Positions 13,520-26,610 of a DNA stretch of 64,000 nucleotides are shown here, one piece after another. The stretch's first letter is position 1, and each line of letters begins with the position of its first letter. The notes under the pieces are model-generated. The model did no database searches. It was not told where the DNA came from and saw only the letters and a program-made list of their open reading frames with translations. The position numbers were made by a program, and so were the translations under genes. This DNA is from Eledone cirrhosa. Taxonomy: Eukaryota. The stretch is taken from contig OZ024743.1 of the NCBI GenBank assembly GCA_964016885.1, positions 308,574,001 through 308,638,000 of the forward strand, read 5' to 3'.

Positions 13520-13800
13520 CTTGTCTTATCAATTAATCGGACCTCTGAACATGTCGCAAAGGACTTTTCCCCGGAAATGGGGGAGAAAATCCTCCTCCAT
13601 TTCATTTATTCCCACGGGGTTTTCTTTTACCATTAAAATTATTTTTCGCGTTATCGACGAATCTGACTTCCAAACACACTAACCCGTAACACTAGCCCTA
13701 ACCCCGGAAAGTCCGAGGTTGCGCCCCCGCCTCCATTTTGCCGTATGTTCGGAGGTTAGATTTGTTGATAAGACACGAAAACTAATTATTTCCCAGTGAA
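13520..13800. promoter_or_regulatory. Candidate CpG-retaining promoter-like segment
   Basis: Non-repeat-looking and CpG-rich. Contains ETS-like CCGGAAAT/CCGGAAAG, a GC-box-like CCCCCGCC and YY1-like CCATTTTG (minus strand CAAAATGG). No transcript evidence. Confidence 0.3.
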
Positions 13801-14775
13801 ATCGAGAGGGGCTGTTTTTTCTATAATAATACCCAATTATGTACAACTATTTCGTTGGACACCCTTAACAGACTGTTGTTTTATAATTCCCGATAAGTCC
13901 AAAAGGGCAGAAAGAAAAGAAAAACAAATTAGTAAAAGGCAGAGACGAAGATATGGTTATGTGGTTAAGGAGTTTAAATAACATCACTCAACAACGTTAT
14001 CTTAACTGTGGACACTTGAAACGGTTATTAGGAAGTACACACTATAGATTAAGTTCACCACAGTAGATTGAAAACAAGTTAATAAACAACATAGGTCAGG
14101 AGTCTTTTCTATGTCCCACGGCAGAACAATTTACGTGACTAATATTTTCCTAAAACTTAGTAATTTGTTCCTCTTCTCTTCCATACTTTTGCAACAGCAA
14201 CAATATTAAGATTGACTGGTCAACCTAATGTAAACAGACAATAAATTTTAAGACTAGCCAGGGTCAAACCATGTTTCTTTCCAGGGAAGTTAGAATATAC
14301 TTTAATATTTCAGTCGATTTCACTTCAATATCAAAACTGTAGAAATATGTATCCAATGTTATATTCATAAAAGACAAACAAAAACATTCGTAATAAGAAC
14401 GTTAGTGAAATCTCCATCGGCTTGTTTCAAAGACCTGTTATGGTGAAGGCGCGACTGAGATTTTAGAAAATTAACTCATAATTATTTCTACTTTTTGGCA
14501 CAAGGCTAGCAATTACTCAGTACATTACTGGTACTTTATTTTATCAACCCCCGTAAGGATGAAAGGCAAAGTCAACCTCGGCGGAATTTGAACTCAGATC
14601 GTTTTCTTATGTTTTATTATGACTTAATTTACTCATAATAAAACATGAGAAAATTTGTTTTGTTTCATAACGCGAGAAGTGGTGGATTTGTTATTTTGAT
14701 TTTTTTCTCCCTCTTTTAATAATATTTATAGCACAATTTCATTGCAATTTACACATGATAAACAAAATGGGGTAA

Positions 14776-14843
14776 GGCATACGTCAAGACGGACAATCGT
14801 AAAATTAGTTTCACTTTTGAGACCGCCCGTCTTGACGTATGCC
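14776..14843. mobile_element. 68-bp mini-MITE with GG-terminated TIRs
   Basis: GGCATACGTCAAGACGG...CCGTCTTGACGTATGCC (17-bp perfect TIR), flanked by ATGGGGTAA / ATGGGGAAA (9-bp TSD, 1 mismatch). Confidence 0.7.
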
Positions 14844-15159
14844 ATGGGGAAAACGGAATTAAGGAAAATTTATTCATCATTTTGCTCATTCATTTTGATG
14901 AAAAATATAATTATATATTAGGCCCCTACTCTCATCTCACGCAAACCTTTAGCATAGGCGCAGGCATGACTCTGTGGTTAAAGAGTTCGTTTCGCAACGT
15001 CTGGGTTGAAACTGTGGCAATTTGGACAAATGTCTTCTAGTATAGCCTCATATTCACCAATTCCTTGAGTGAAATTTAGTTGACGGAAACTGTAATTGCT
15101 CTTCGTACGTGTGTGTAATGTGTTTATATCTTGTAACGTAGCGGTGCGATAAAAATAAG

Positions 15160-16183
15160 GGCACTACAACGCTATTAGCTGTCAGTCGAAAGCAGCCGAT
15201 GAAAGCAAAACATCGTTTATTTCCGTATTACTACCCCGCGTAAGTGGAGTTACTTAAATGAAATTTTTATTTTTTTTAATTAAAGCTTATAGATGTAAGT
15301 GGAGTTACTTAAATGAAAATATCACGCGTTTTTTTTTTTATTAAAGCAAATCGATGTAAGTGGAGTTACTTAAATGAAAATATAGGAGGCCCATTTAAAT
15401 TAATTAGAAAACAAGTCATGGTTATCATTTATATTTTCATAGTCATGGTTATCAATGTAGAAAACAAGTCATTTTCACCAACAGTGGAGTTACTTCTGAC
15501 AGCTAATACCATGAACTATATTTTCATAGTCATGGTTATTAATGTAGAAAACAAGTCATTTTCACCAACAGTGGAGTTAACTTAAATGAAAATATAGGTG
15601 GCCCTTAAAAGGGCCAAATTAGAAAACAATTTTTTTTCACCAACCCTTTATGAAGAAATGTTTAGAAAACATTTTTTTCACCAACCTTATTCAAAAGCAT
15701 GGATACAGTTCCCATGGAGATTGATGGTATCTGCTGTAGTAGCGGTAGCGATGGTTAATTCCATTAACAATTTGGCTCACCTATATTTTCATCTAAGTTA
15801 ACTCCACTGTTGGTGAAAATGATTTGTTTTCTACATTGATAACCATGACTATGAAAATATAGTTCATGGTATTAGCTGTCAGAAGTAACTCCACTGTTGG
15901 TGAAAATGACTTGTTTTCTACATTGATAACCATGACTATGAAAATATAAATGATTAAATCCAATTTATTTGATAACCATGACTCGTTTTCTAATTAACTT
16001 AAATTTGTTTTCTAATTTGGCCCTTTTAAGGGCCACCTATATTTTCATTTAAGTAACTCCACTTACATCGATACGCGTGAAATCTCCACTTACGCGTGGT
16101 GGTAGTAATACGGAAATAAACGATGACGAATGACGTCACCTTCGCCTGCTTTCACGACTGACAACTAATAGCGTTGTAGTGCC
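15160..16183. mobile_element. Non-autonomous foldback DNA transposon (Merlin-like termini)
   Basis: TIR GGCACTACAACGCTATTAG...CTAATAGCGTTGTAGTGCC; perfect 8-bp TSD AAAATAAG (15152-15159, 16184-16191); ~400-bp modular inverted arms. Confidence 0.88.
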
Positions 16184-16327
16184 AAAATAAGCACCAGGCA
16201 TGAAAAAAAAAAAGCTAAAACCCGCTGCGGTCGATCTGGTCGACTAAATCTCTTCATGAGGATCAAATCTAATAACGAAACAAGCCTAACCTAGATTTTC
16301 TTAACTTGTTTTTAATTGAATCTGTAA

Positions 16328-16359
<32 letters not shown>

Positions 16360-18628
16360 AACTATAGCATTAGTTGACGAAATTTACCCCAGGTTGTGAA
16401 CTCCTTTATATAATGACAATAGCGGATGTCACTGGCCATTGTCCACGGAGCGCAGCTGAAATACTGTCCCGACCTAGGCGTAGAGCCCGTCACCCTCTCC
16501 CCTCTTTCTTCTGTGACCTAATGGTCCTTGATCTTGTCCACCTTTTCTTATTTATGACATTTAGCATCCCTTCTTTACTACTTCCCTTTTTTTTTCATTA
16601 TGAAAACTTAAATCATTTAAATATAAATTCATTGTATATGTTGCTTCTTTATAACAAAAAAACACTAGTTGTAGAGATGGGAAGATTACTTATTAAAGGG
16701 AGGTCACTCTTGCTAAATTTAAAGAAAACTTGTTCTTGGAATGTAAATATGAATTTGGACGCAGGTTTATTTACAGTTAAACAGTCACTGCAGCATAGCC
16801 GAATAGTTAAGTTCACTTAGTAATTATAAGGTTTTGGGTTCGATCTCACTACGTGGCATCTAGGGCAGGGGTCATTTATCATAGCCTCGGGTCCACCCAA
16901 ATATTGCGTAGACAGAAACTGTTTGGAAGCCCATCGGATGGTCTGTGTCTCTAATTAAAAAAAAAATAAATAAAAAAAGACTGGTTTTGTCATGCTGAAT
17001 AGCAACGAGAATTACGTTGTGGATAAATGTGTCACTTGCACATTATTTTCACGTATGCGATTCCGTTGATCGAACAACTGGAACACTCATCGTTGAAACC
17101 GACCGAGGTCCATTCTATTTCACATATAAATAATATACATGGAAGAAGAAAAAAAGTTTGACATTTCTGAAACGAATATAACTATAAAGTTATTTTCTTT
17201 GAGATATATCATCATCATCATTTAATGTCCGCTTCCCATGCTAGCTAGTGTTGGACGGGTCTATATAGACCAAGTCAGTTCTGAAGCAGGGCTACTGACT
17301 TCCCAGACAGACTGACAGATCTGCATCTCACTTACATATCGCTTCACGCTCCACTGAGTACAGAGGAGAAATTGTATCTTTTGACATAAACTGAAGAGCC
17401 TCTCAACCTCTTGTTTGGCAAGCTTTCTATGGCTGGCGTCATGAAGTGGAATAGAATGAACTTGAAACTACTGTTGTCTTTTAAAAAAACTAACTTCTTA
17501 ACTACACAGCCCTAACTGCAAAATAAAAAAAATATATGTTTAGATAACCAGCTTGAAGTATTAGTTGAAATGTTTGGCTGTTGGATTAAAAAATGACTTG
17601 GTATTTGTTTTGGCTCACTGTACTCTGAGTTGAAACCTAGCTGAGTTAAACTGTCATCATTTTATGGGCAATAAATAAAGTATCAATCCAGTACTGGGGT
17701 TGGTTCTCTCTCTCTCTCACTGGAAGAGACTGTGTCCAAACCTAGAAAAAGATGGGCTTTGCCTAGTTTAAAATGACCAAAACCCGCCATGTCAAGAAGG
17801 TACCCCAACAACTCCATCAAGGGTTAAAGGTTCTTTTGTTAATGTTTTTTTTTTAAATTTTAATCCTTGGTAAAGAGTAAAACATTGACTAGCTATATAT
17901 ACTACTTAAAGATGTACAGATTTATCCAATTATTTATGATTAATATGGCTCCCAAAAGTTTTCTCCAAAGTAGCATTTTACATACAGCTGATGAGCTCTG
18001 CCTGTTTCTTTACTGGACTTTTAAAAAGCTACTTGATGTTGCAGTAAATAGTACATGAAAGGACATAATACTATCCAAGTTGATTCTCCATGGTAGCATA
18101 CTACAGACAGCTAGTTAACTCTGTATCTTTACTGAACTTTTTAAAAGCAGCTTGAATTGTAGACCATTTGTGTTGCAGTAAATAAGACAAGAAAGGACTT
18201 GATACTATCTTAGTTACAACCTCATTTCATATATGTAATTTGGTGGAGCATCAGGCATAGAGTTATGACCCTTTATGTTCTGAGTTCAAATGGCGCAGAG
18301 GTTAATTTTGCCTTTCATCCTTACGGGGTCGATAAAATAAAGCACCAGTAATACACTAGGGAAATTGCTGGCCTTGTGCCAAAAGTAAAAACAATTATTT
18401 CATATATGTAATTCATATAATTTCTAGAACAGATGGTTATATTGAAAAAGTGACTTCTAAAATTAAGCAAGGATTGATATAAAGTTAATAGTTTACCTTT
18501 TGCTAGTAAAACTTACTGATCATGCTTCTATCTTGAAACTGGCCTATCAGACCATCTTGAATTTTATAGATAGGGGGCAATAAATTGGTCTAATTATCAT
18601 AGCATTATGTTGATTTCAAATATGTATA

Positions 18629-19663
18629 CAGGGTGCGGACGATATTTGTTTGCAAGATTACTGTCTAGGAAAAAATAAGTTTTATTTTTTTAAGATATAT
18701 TTATCAAACTTGGGTCAGTTTGTCTTCATGACTTGTTCTTTCGATCTCACTCAATAAACCCGCCATTGGCTTTGATGACGGCCTGAAGGCGGCCTCGGAA
18801 CCGGCTACAGGCCTTTGTCACTGTCCCCCGACTTAGGCTCCTAAAGCCACTTGTGATCCTGGCCTTCAGATCATCTTTCGGCTGAGTCTTGCTGCAGCTA
18901 CCTGGTCGATCCAGGGCTTTACTACCTCACTCAGAACACGGATGTAGCCATCGGTGTTCAGCTTGAGGCCCTCAGGGAAGAAGTGAGGTGGCATGACGTC
19001 ACCTTGACTGTTGACGACACCTAAGACCAATGTTGTCTGCATGACTCTGGGGACGTCTTTGGATGAGACAGCGAGCCACCTGTTGTTTTGGGAGTTGAGA
19101 AAAACCACAGCATGTCTGGCTCCAGTGGGTGTTTCAACTTGTTGATCAGCATCTTTGCGTGCTTCAGTCGCTTTTCTTGCATCGCCTTTGTCAGAAATTG
19201 TCCTTTCCTCATCTTGTATGAAACGTAGCGAATGTCTTCATGTACCACCAGCCTAACGAGCTTTTCATCCACGCCTTTCTCCCTTGCAAGGTTCATTGTT
19301 GATGATAACCTTGAACTTCAGCGACGAACTCGGGCGTTCTGAAGGCGTCAGATCATCGATCATGTCGCTTCATAGTCGAATCCTGAATCTTCCAATTCCT
19401 TTCTGACCTTTTCCACCATTCTCCTGCTGATGCTGAGAAAGTCTGAAATTTCCTTATTTGTCCTCTCGGCGCGGATTCCAAGAAGAATTCCGTGTCTCTT
19501 CCACAAATGTGGAGGTTCAAAATTATTCATAATCAATTATTCAGAAAATAAATAATGGAAATATAGTCACTGTTTTTATGAAGACAAGAGTGACAATGGA
19601 AGTAAAAAAAATTTGCATAAAATTAGCAGTTGAAAATTGCGAACAAATATCGTCCACACCCTG
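18629..19663 (-). mobile_element. Tc1/mariner element, DD37D (maT)-like, internally deleted
   Basis: TA|CAGGGTGCGGACGATATTTGTTTGCAA ... TTGCGAACAAATATCGTCCACACCCTG|TA (27-bp TIRs with 2 mismatches, TA TSD). Confidence 0.92.
18747..19530 (-). pseudogene. Transposase pseudogene (maT/DD37D-like)
   Basis: ATG at 19530 gives MNNFEPPHLWKRHGILLG... Later fragments LVVHEDIRYVSYKMRKGQFL, NSQNNRWL, GDVMPPHFFPEGLKLNTDGYIRVLSEVVKPW and KACSRFRGRLQAVIKANGGFIE* (stop 18747). Catalytic motifs absent. Confidence 0.85.
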
Positions 19664-22600
19664 TATATATTTATCAATATGTCATTGTAAATACTAGTGT
19701 TGATGCCACTATATATGGCACCAGGTACACCATGAAATAGTTGGAGATCAAAGATATTCCAGTTAAGTTGAGTACAAGGCAACTTATTGAATGCACTGAG
19801 TACACTCTGTAAAGTTGGTGCCATGGTAAAACAAACTCAGTACACACTGTAAATTGATAGTGCTGGTACCACAATAAAATACATGTAATGTGGTTGGCAT
19901 TAGGAAGAAGGGCATTCAGCCATAAAAACCACACATGTGAGCAAAGCATGGTTGCTACTGAACGGTTTTGTTTTAGACCATGACAACTCATCCATGCCAT
20001 GCTAGTATGGAAGCAGATATAAAATCAGTTGAATAAAACTTGGTTAAAAGAAAATTTATTTTTCATTTCTAATTTGATTCCTGGTGGTATATTGTGTCCT
20101 TGGCCAAGACACTTTATTTCATGTAACTTTATTCAGCTCAGCTGGGGAAATGAGTTGTACATATAATTCAAAGGGCCAAAGTGATCACACAGTGTCATGC
20201 TGAATCTCTCTGAGAATTAAGTAATGAGTGCACGTTCGTGGAATGCTCAGCTACTTGCAAGTTTGATCAATCGATGGGAACACTTGCTGTTGGAACCAAT
20301 GGAGGTTCAACACAAACACACATGTGGATGTGAAGGAAACAGCTGATATTTTGCTGTGAAATGGTAGCGAGAAAGGCATCTGGTTTTATGTGGGTGTCAA
20401 CTTCTTCCACCACCACTCAAATACAAATATATCTCATAAAAATCATTGAAGCTGAGAATAAAATACATTTTAAAATATCTATTAATATTGAACTAAAATA
20501 TTTTTTTTTTTACATCACATGCCCCCCTCTCATATATATATATATATATACATATATCATTTAACCTTTTCCATGCTATCACAGGCTGGATACACACACT
20601 TACACAGATTAATGTTGTTACAAAACACCAAAATCTGCTAAGTGTCTGTTTGTATATTAATAATTATGCTTACTATAGTATGACCAACAGATGCTGTTTA
20701 TGTTAGCAGTATGAATGAAGTTAAGAAAACAATTCATATTTTGTTAGTGATTATTAGTACTGTTGGTTTGCTGCTGTAACTGGTTGATTATTTGGCATAA
20801 GTTACCATTATTTGCTATAAGATGATGTTGATGTTACTGTAAAAACTGAAAATCCTCTTCTGTGTGTTAAGTAGTAATTGGAGAATCTGGAACATTTTTG
20901 GGGAGTATAATATGTTTCTATAAACAGGACATTAAATCTTTTGTTTTCACTTGGATGTTATTATTATTTTACTTCTATTTTTAATTTTACTCAGTTTTTC
21001 ATTTTTTTAGTTGTTTTTTTTAAAAATCTCTTTTCTATATAAACCATAACATAGGATATCATATTAGTCATTTGTTTCAATGTAGGCCAAATATATGACT
21101 TTGCAGCTTCATACGTGCCAGATGAGGAGGTTTTTGGGGGACGGGACAGAGTTTGAGATATTTCTTTTATTATATTTATATGGGTGCAACTGAAGAAGAA
21201 TTTTTATACACCAGTTGCTCTATTGTATATGAGACAGCTCACATATTTCTGCTGACACCATTAAAACCTCTGTTTGCTTCTTTAACTGGGATTAGTTTTT
21301 ACCTATGTTTACCACAGTTTTCCACTGGTTATGTTGGTCAGCATGCTTGGGTGGGTATCTTTATTTATTGATTGATACTTATGATTTTGTATATGCTTTT
21401 AATCTTTTACTGCTTAGACTGTGACCATGCTGGGGCACTGCCTTTAACGAATTTTACTCCATCATATCAACCCTAGTACTTTTTTTTTTCCTTCAAGTCA
21501 TACTTTTTTTTCATCAATTTGTTTTGGTGAACCACAAAGTTACAAGTTATATATAAACAGTAAACCTAAACTCACAAACACATGCAGGCTTCTAAACAAT
21601 TTCTGTCTACCAAATTTCACTCACATGGCATTTGTCAACTCATGGCACTGAAAGTGCCACACAGTAGGACTGAAACTAAAATCACCAGTTCAGTTTTATA
21701 TATTGAATTTTTTTACTCAGGTACAAGGCCTTATTTTTTTGGTGGGGTGGGTGTACTTAATGGGGTCCACTCATGTATATTACTGGTACTTATTTTAGAC
21801 TCAACAAAACAAAAATTATAGCTGCAGGGTTTCAATCAAAACATTTCATGATTTTGAATATCTTACTTAGCCGCAAGGCCTTTTATTTTGGTTAGGGAGC
21901 AGTGTCTTTGATGAGGTCCACCCCAGTATATTACTGCAACTTGTTTAATAGATCTCACAAAAATAACAGTTAATGTTTCTACTTTTGGTACAAGGCCAGC
22001 AATTTGAAAGGAAGGGGAACGTTGATTAAATTAAACCCCTATACATTACTGGTACTTTATTTTATCAATGCCGTAAGGATGAAAAGTAAAGCTAACCCCA
22101 GCAGGATTTGAACTCAGAATGTAAAGGAATGTAACTATATACCACAAAGCATGTTGTCTGACACTCCACCGAATAAAAATAGCAGTTAATAGTAACAGCA
22201 GGATTTCAATCAAAACATTATAAACAAAACTTAAATATTTTTAACTCCTCTATTTTACACGTTATTATATCAATAAACTGCCTCTTTTAACCTAGTTAAT
22301 CCCCTTTTCTAACTGAAACAATTTTACATCACTACTTATGTAGTTGGAAAAAAGGATCAATGTCACAACACTGTATTTTCTTTCCTTTATATATCTGAAA
22401 TCTTCACATATATAAGATGTATGTGATATTGATAGTGTTATAGTTTCATTCTAATTTGTTAATCATTACTTTGATTAATATAAAACTATACAGTAAACAT
22501 TTTTATTTCATTAACCCTTTGAACCCCAATCTGCCTCTATTAAAATGTTCTAATTTGAATTGATATCTTAGACAGAAATCTCATTATTACAAGACATATT

Positions 22601-25600
22601 AGATTTTAGTTAAATATGTTTGTTGTTTTTTTAAATAAAAAACGAAACGTGTTAATTATATTTTATGAAAAAAGAAGATAAATTAAGTAATGGAAAAAAG
22701 GGGGAAAGGGTAAAGACGGGCAGGTCAGGCTGTATAGGAAAGGATTATAAATGAGGAAAAAGAGGGAAAGAACAAGGACTATTAGGCCATGAAAAAAGAG
22801 GGGGAAGGGTGGTGCTTTGGCTGTATCGTGCTGACAAAACTGCAAAGCCATTTCCGTGGATAATGTGACACCTGCTGCAACAGCCACCCCACCTCGTGGG
22901 GCTCCTTCCATTCTGATTTTATGGAGGAGCTCGGCTGTATGAGATCTTGGTGATGGTGCAAAGTGGAAGAGGCCAGACAAGCCCTGGTATTTGCTTGTCT
23001 TCCTGTCCTTTGCATTGCAGGCTGCAGTACCGGGGTTTATGGCCGAAGCGACTAAGTTGGAAGTGGAGACTGTGTCACAGCATGGGTGTCCCAGATGAGG
23101 GATTTACCTCTGAATGGAAAGAGGGTAATTCCTTCAGGGCGCTTGCTGTCTCCAGGCTCCATAATATCGATTTTCTCATTAAATTGAATGTTAGTTATTT
23201 CACTAAACCTCTCATAATTCTTGATTATTTTTATAATTAAGACACAAAAGCATTAAGCAAGTTGTGTTATTATTGTGTGCAACATCGGTGTATGTACAGG
23301 AAGTGTCATTCTTGCTCACTCTACTTAGTAAACATGTGCTTAAACCCTTTTGATACCAAACTACCAGAAACTACTCCTAGTTCTATGATAATTTGAAGTG
23401 TTTATATTTATCTAAAAACGAATCAATTTTATGTTAGAAGTTTTAAGATATGTTCCAATAATAATTGTGTCTACTTTTGGCACAAGGCCAGCAATTTGAA
23501 GGGAAGGAGAACATCAATTAAATTATCCTCCTATGTATTACTGGTACTTTATTTTATCAACCCTGTAAGGATGAAAGGAAAATCTGATCTCGGCAGGACT
23601 TGAACTCATGATGTAAAAAATCAAATAGCTACATAACATTTTGCCAACGTTCTACCAATACTGCTATGCCAATTCACTAAATAATAATGAGAAGGTTATA
23701 TTACTAAATCCCTCTAAATTGTTGATTATTTAAAAAAATTATTTGAATATCATATACAGCAGCTTTAATTAGAAATATAGTAAAAGTGTTCAGTTGATTT
23801 AGCTGAAATGTAGGTATTTCTATAGAGAGTGAAGAATTTCTACAAACCCTATATGCTACACATTCATGGTAATGGCAATACCTAAATGATTTGGTGCCAT
23901 ATAGTCCAGATTAAGAGTGTTACAGAATATAATGGTGTAGTCATAATTAATGTCATACCCCCACCCCCAATCTTAAAAACTGCATTTAAAAATCAATTTA
24001 TGTAACATCGATAATTTCCTAAACACAGTTTTGAAGATAATGTGAATAGTTCAGGATTCCTCAAAAGTGGTCAATATCACCCCCACCCCTTATCACTGGG
24101 ATCGATGGGGACTAGCCAAGGAGATGATTGAATGTTTGGGCACCAAACCTGCCGTTTATATATAATAAATGAAAAATACATAAAATACTATAATAAAAAT
24201 ACAACTTGTTTAGACATGTTTCAGATTTATATATAATTAGTCTTTATTGTTTATTTTATTTTTGTACATTCCTGGGGTTAATGAGAGGTCAGGGATTTCA
24301 TGAAATGGTTGATGGGGATATCTGTTTATAGACTAAGCCTCTACCTGTTTTTATGACAACAGTGTTGATACTATTTCTGTTTGGGGCCAAAATAAGTAGC
24401 AACCATAAAGGGAGATCCACTTGGTTTATGTATCTCCCCACATTTAACCCTTTAATTACCATATTTTTAATGAGAAACATTGCCTATGATATTCAAATAA
24501 TTTTGAAAACAGTAAAAGAATTTGGATGGATTTAGTAATGAAACATTCTCGTTATTAAGCTAGTGTTTGAAATAAAACTTGAACATTCTTAGATAAAATT
24601 ATGGTAGGTATTTAGACAAATATAGATAATGGACAGGATGGAGAAGACATTGCTTTGGAGGATGATGAGGGAGACGCACTGGAGCAACCACTCTATCTCG
24701 TGGGGGTTTGCACTTGTGGATATCCAATTCCACCCTGATAGTAGTGGGTAGGTTCTCAGTTTATCAAATCAGCACTGAATTAGTTTTGATATTAACATTT
24801 GATGACAAACTGCCTGAAACCAACCATAGTTTTATGATACAAAGCTTTATATTTCAAAGTGTTTACATTTATCTAAAAACTTTCCATCTTAGTTTATATG
24901 AAGCATTCCAAGATATTTGATTATTATTGTGTTGGTAAAGTTAGTACTATGCATTATTTGGTCATCTAGCAGCAGGTTGTTATTTAGTCCCAGGTCAGTC
25001 CTGGTCAAAACATTCCAGCCAAAACTATTCCATCTTATTTTCAAACAATGTGTACAGATGGAGTACATTATAGACTGCATCCTTTTTTTAAAGATAAGAT
25101 GTATTTGTAGGCACAGTATGACTGAATGGTTAAGAGGTTTGCTTCATAATCATTAGGTCTTGGGTTCAATCCTATCTTGTGGTATCTTGGACAAGTGTCA
25201 TTTACCATAGCCTCGAGTCAACCTATGTCTTGTGAGTGAATTTGGGTAGAGAGAAACTGGAAGCCTGTCAGATGGACTGTACCTGTAATTCAAAGGGCCA
25301 GACTTGTCACACACAGTGTTATGCTGAATATTCCTGAGAATTATGTTTAGGGTACATGAGTCTGAAATATTCAGACAAGGTAATTTCATAAGCAGGCTGT
25401 TCTGTTGATTGAACCCCTGGAACATTTATCATCAAATTGACTGAGGTCCATCAATAAGGTATAGTTAGAAGGAAATTTGGCTGTTATACCTAGCATGTCT
25501 AATAACCACTTATGGGCTCTCTTGTTGAATGGTCAAGTTACTGTTAAGTACTGAAGTCATTCCTGGTCAGACATATGCTCAAAGCATTCCAACCATGAAC

Positions 25601-25887
25601 CCCCCCATCATATTTTCAGACAATTTCTTCAGGAAATATAGAATGTGTCCTTTTGTAGAGATAAGGTGTAGTTGGAAGAGAATTTCACTGCTATTTCTAG
25701 CAGTTCAAATAACAGAGGTTCTCTTATTGAAATACAGCTTGTTGCTGATCTTTAGCCCCAATTCAGCTGTGATCAAGCAGCCTTATGACCATCCCATCTT
25801 TATATATCTAGGCTGAACATTATGCCCTACATTTTTTTAGGGTGATTTGGCTGTTATTAGAATGTCGACCAGCTACAAAATTTCATT

Positions 25888-26058
25888 ATAGAGGGTCGGA
25901 CGCCATGCTTTGAAGTATAGAGTTACCTCCCTTTATGATCCGAGTTCAAATCCCGCCGAGGTTAACTTTACCTTTCATCCTTACAGGGTCGATAAAATAA
26001 AGTACCAGTAATACACTGGGATAATTGCTGGCCTTGTGCCAAAAGTAGAAACAATTAT
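25888..26058 (+). mobile_element. SINE family B
   Basis: Matches the family B unit, ending GTAGAAACAATTATT. Confidence 0.8.
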
Positions 26059-26310
26059 TTGGTGACAAGATCTTGGTGAGGTGAGCAGGCCAAGTAACTC
26101 ACCAGTGTCCCAAAGTGGGTTCCTGGGGACCTTTTTATAAAAATCTAATATACCTTTTAAGGTTTTGTCCTAATAAGGTTATGATCATGCTCGGGCAATG
26201 TCTTGATTTAGTCTACCCTATTGACACCAGTACTTATTTTTTCAAGTATGGTACTTATTTTATTGATATGATTGGTTACCAAACCATTCTATCAAATGTT
26301 ATTCACAATA

Positions 26311-26610
26311 CTGGTGACATGACAAAAAGAGCCAGGTCGACCCTGTAATGGTGGTCGTGCTGGTGACATGACAAAAAGAACCCAGTTGACCCTGTAATGG
26401 TGGTCGTGCTGGTGACATGACAAAAAGAACCCGGTCAACTCTGTAATGGTGGTCGTGCTGGTGACATGACAAAAAGAATCCAGTCCACTCTGTAAGGTAG
26501 TTGTGCTTGTGACATAACAAGAAGTACCCAGTCCACTCTCTAAGGTGGTTGTGTTTGTGATACGATAAAAAAGCACCCAGTCGAACTGGTAATGTGGTTC
26601 GTGTTACTAA
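26311..26610 (+). repeat. 49-bp minisatellite (~6 units) derived from the RTE/SINE 3'-UTR internal repeat
   Basis: CTGGTGACATGACAAAAAGA starts at 26311, 26360, 26409 and 26458, then degenerates. Runs into AAGGGCATCCAGTTGTAGAAAC of the RTE-type tail. Confidence 0.8.

Noticed and set aside
13681-13705. Telomere-like CCCTAACCC
   Set aside because: Single unit, not an array.
15313-15801. ORFs inside the foldback element as a transposase
   Set aside because: Translations mirror the internal DNA repeats; no DDE or HTH features.
21086-21155. Possible small exon (AG|GCCAAATATATGAC...; QIYDFAASYVPDEE)
   Set aside because: Weak donor and no recognisable homology; cannot be supported from sequence alone.
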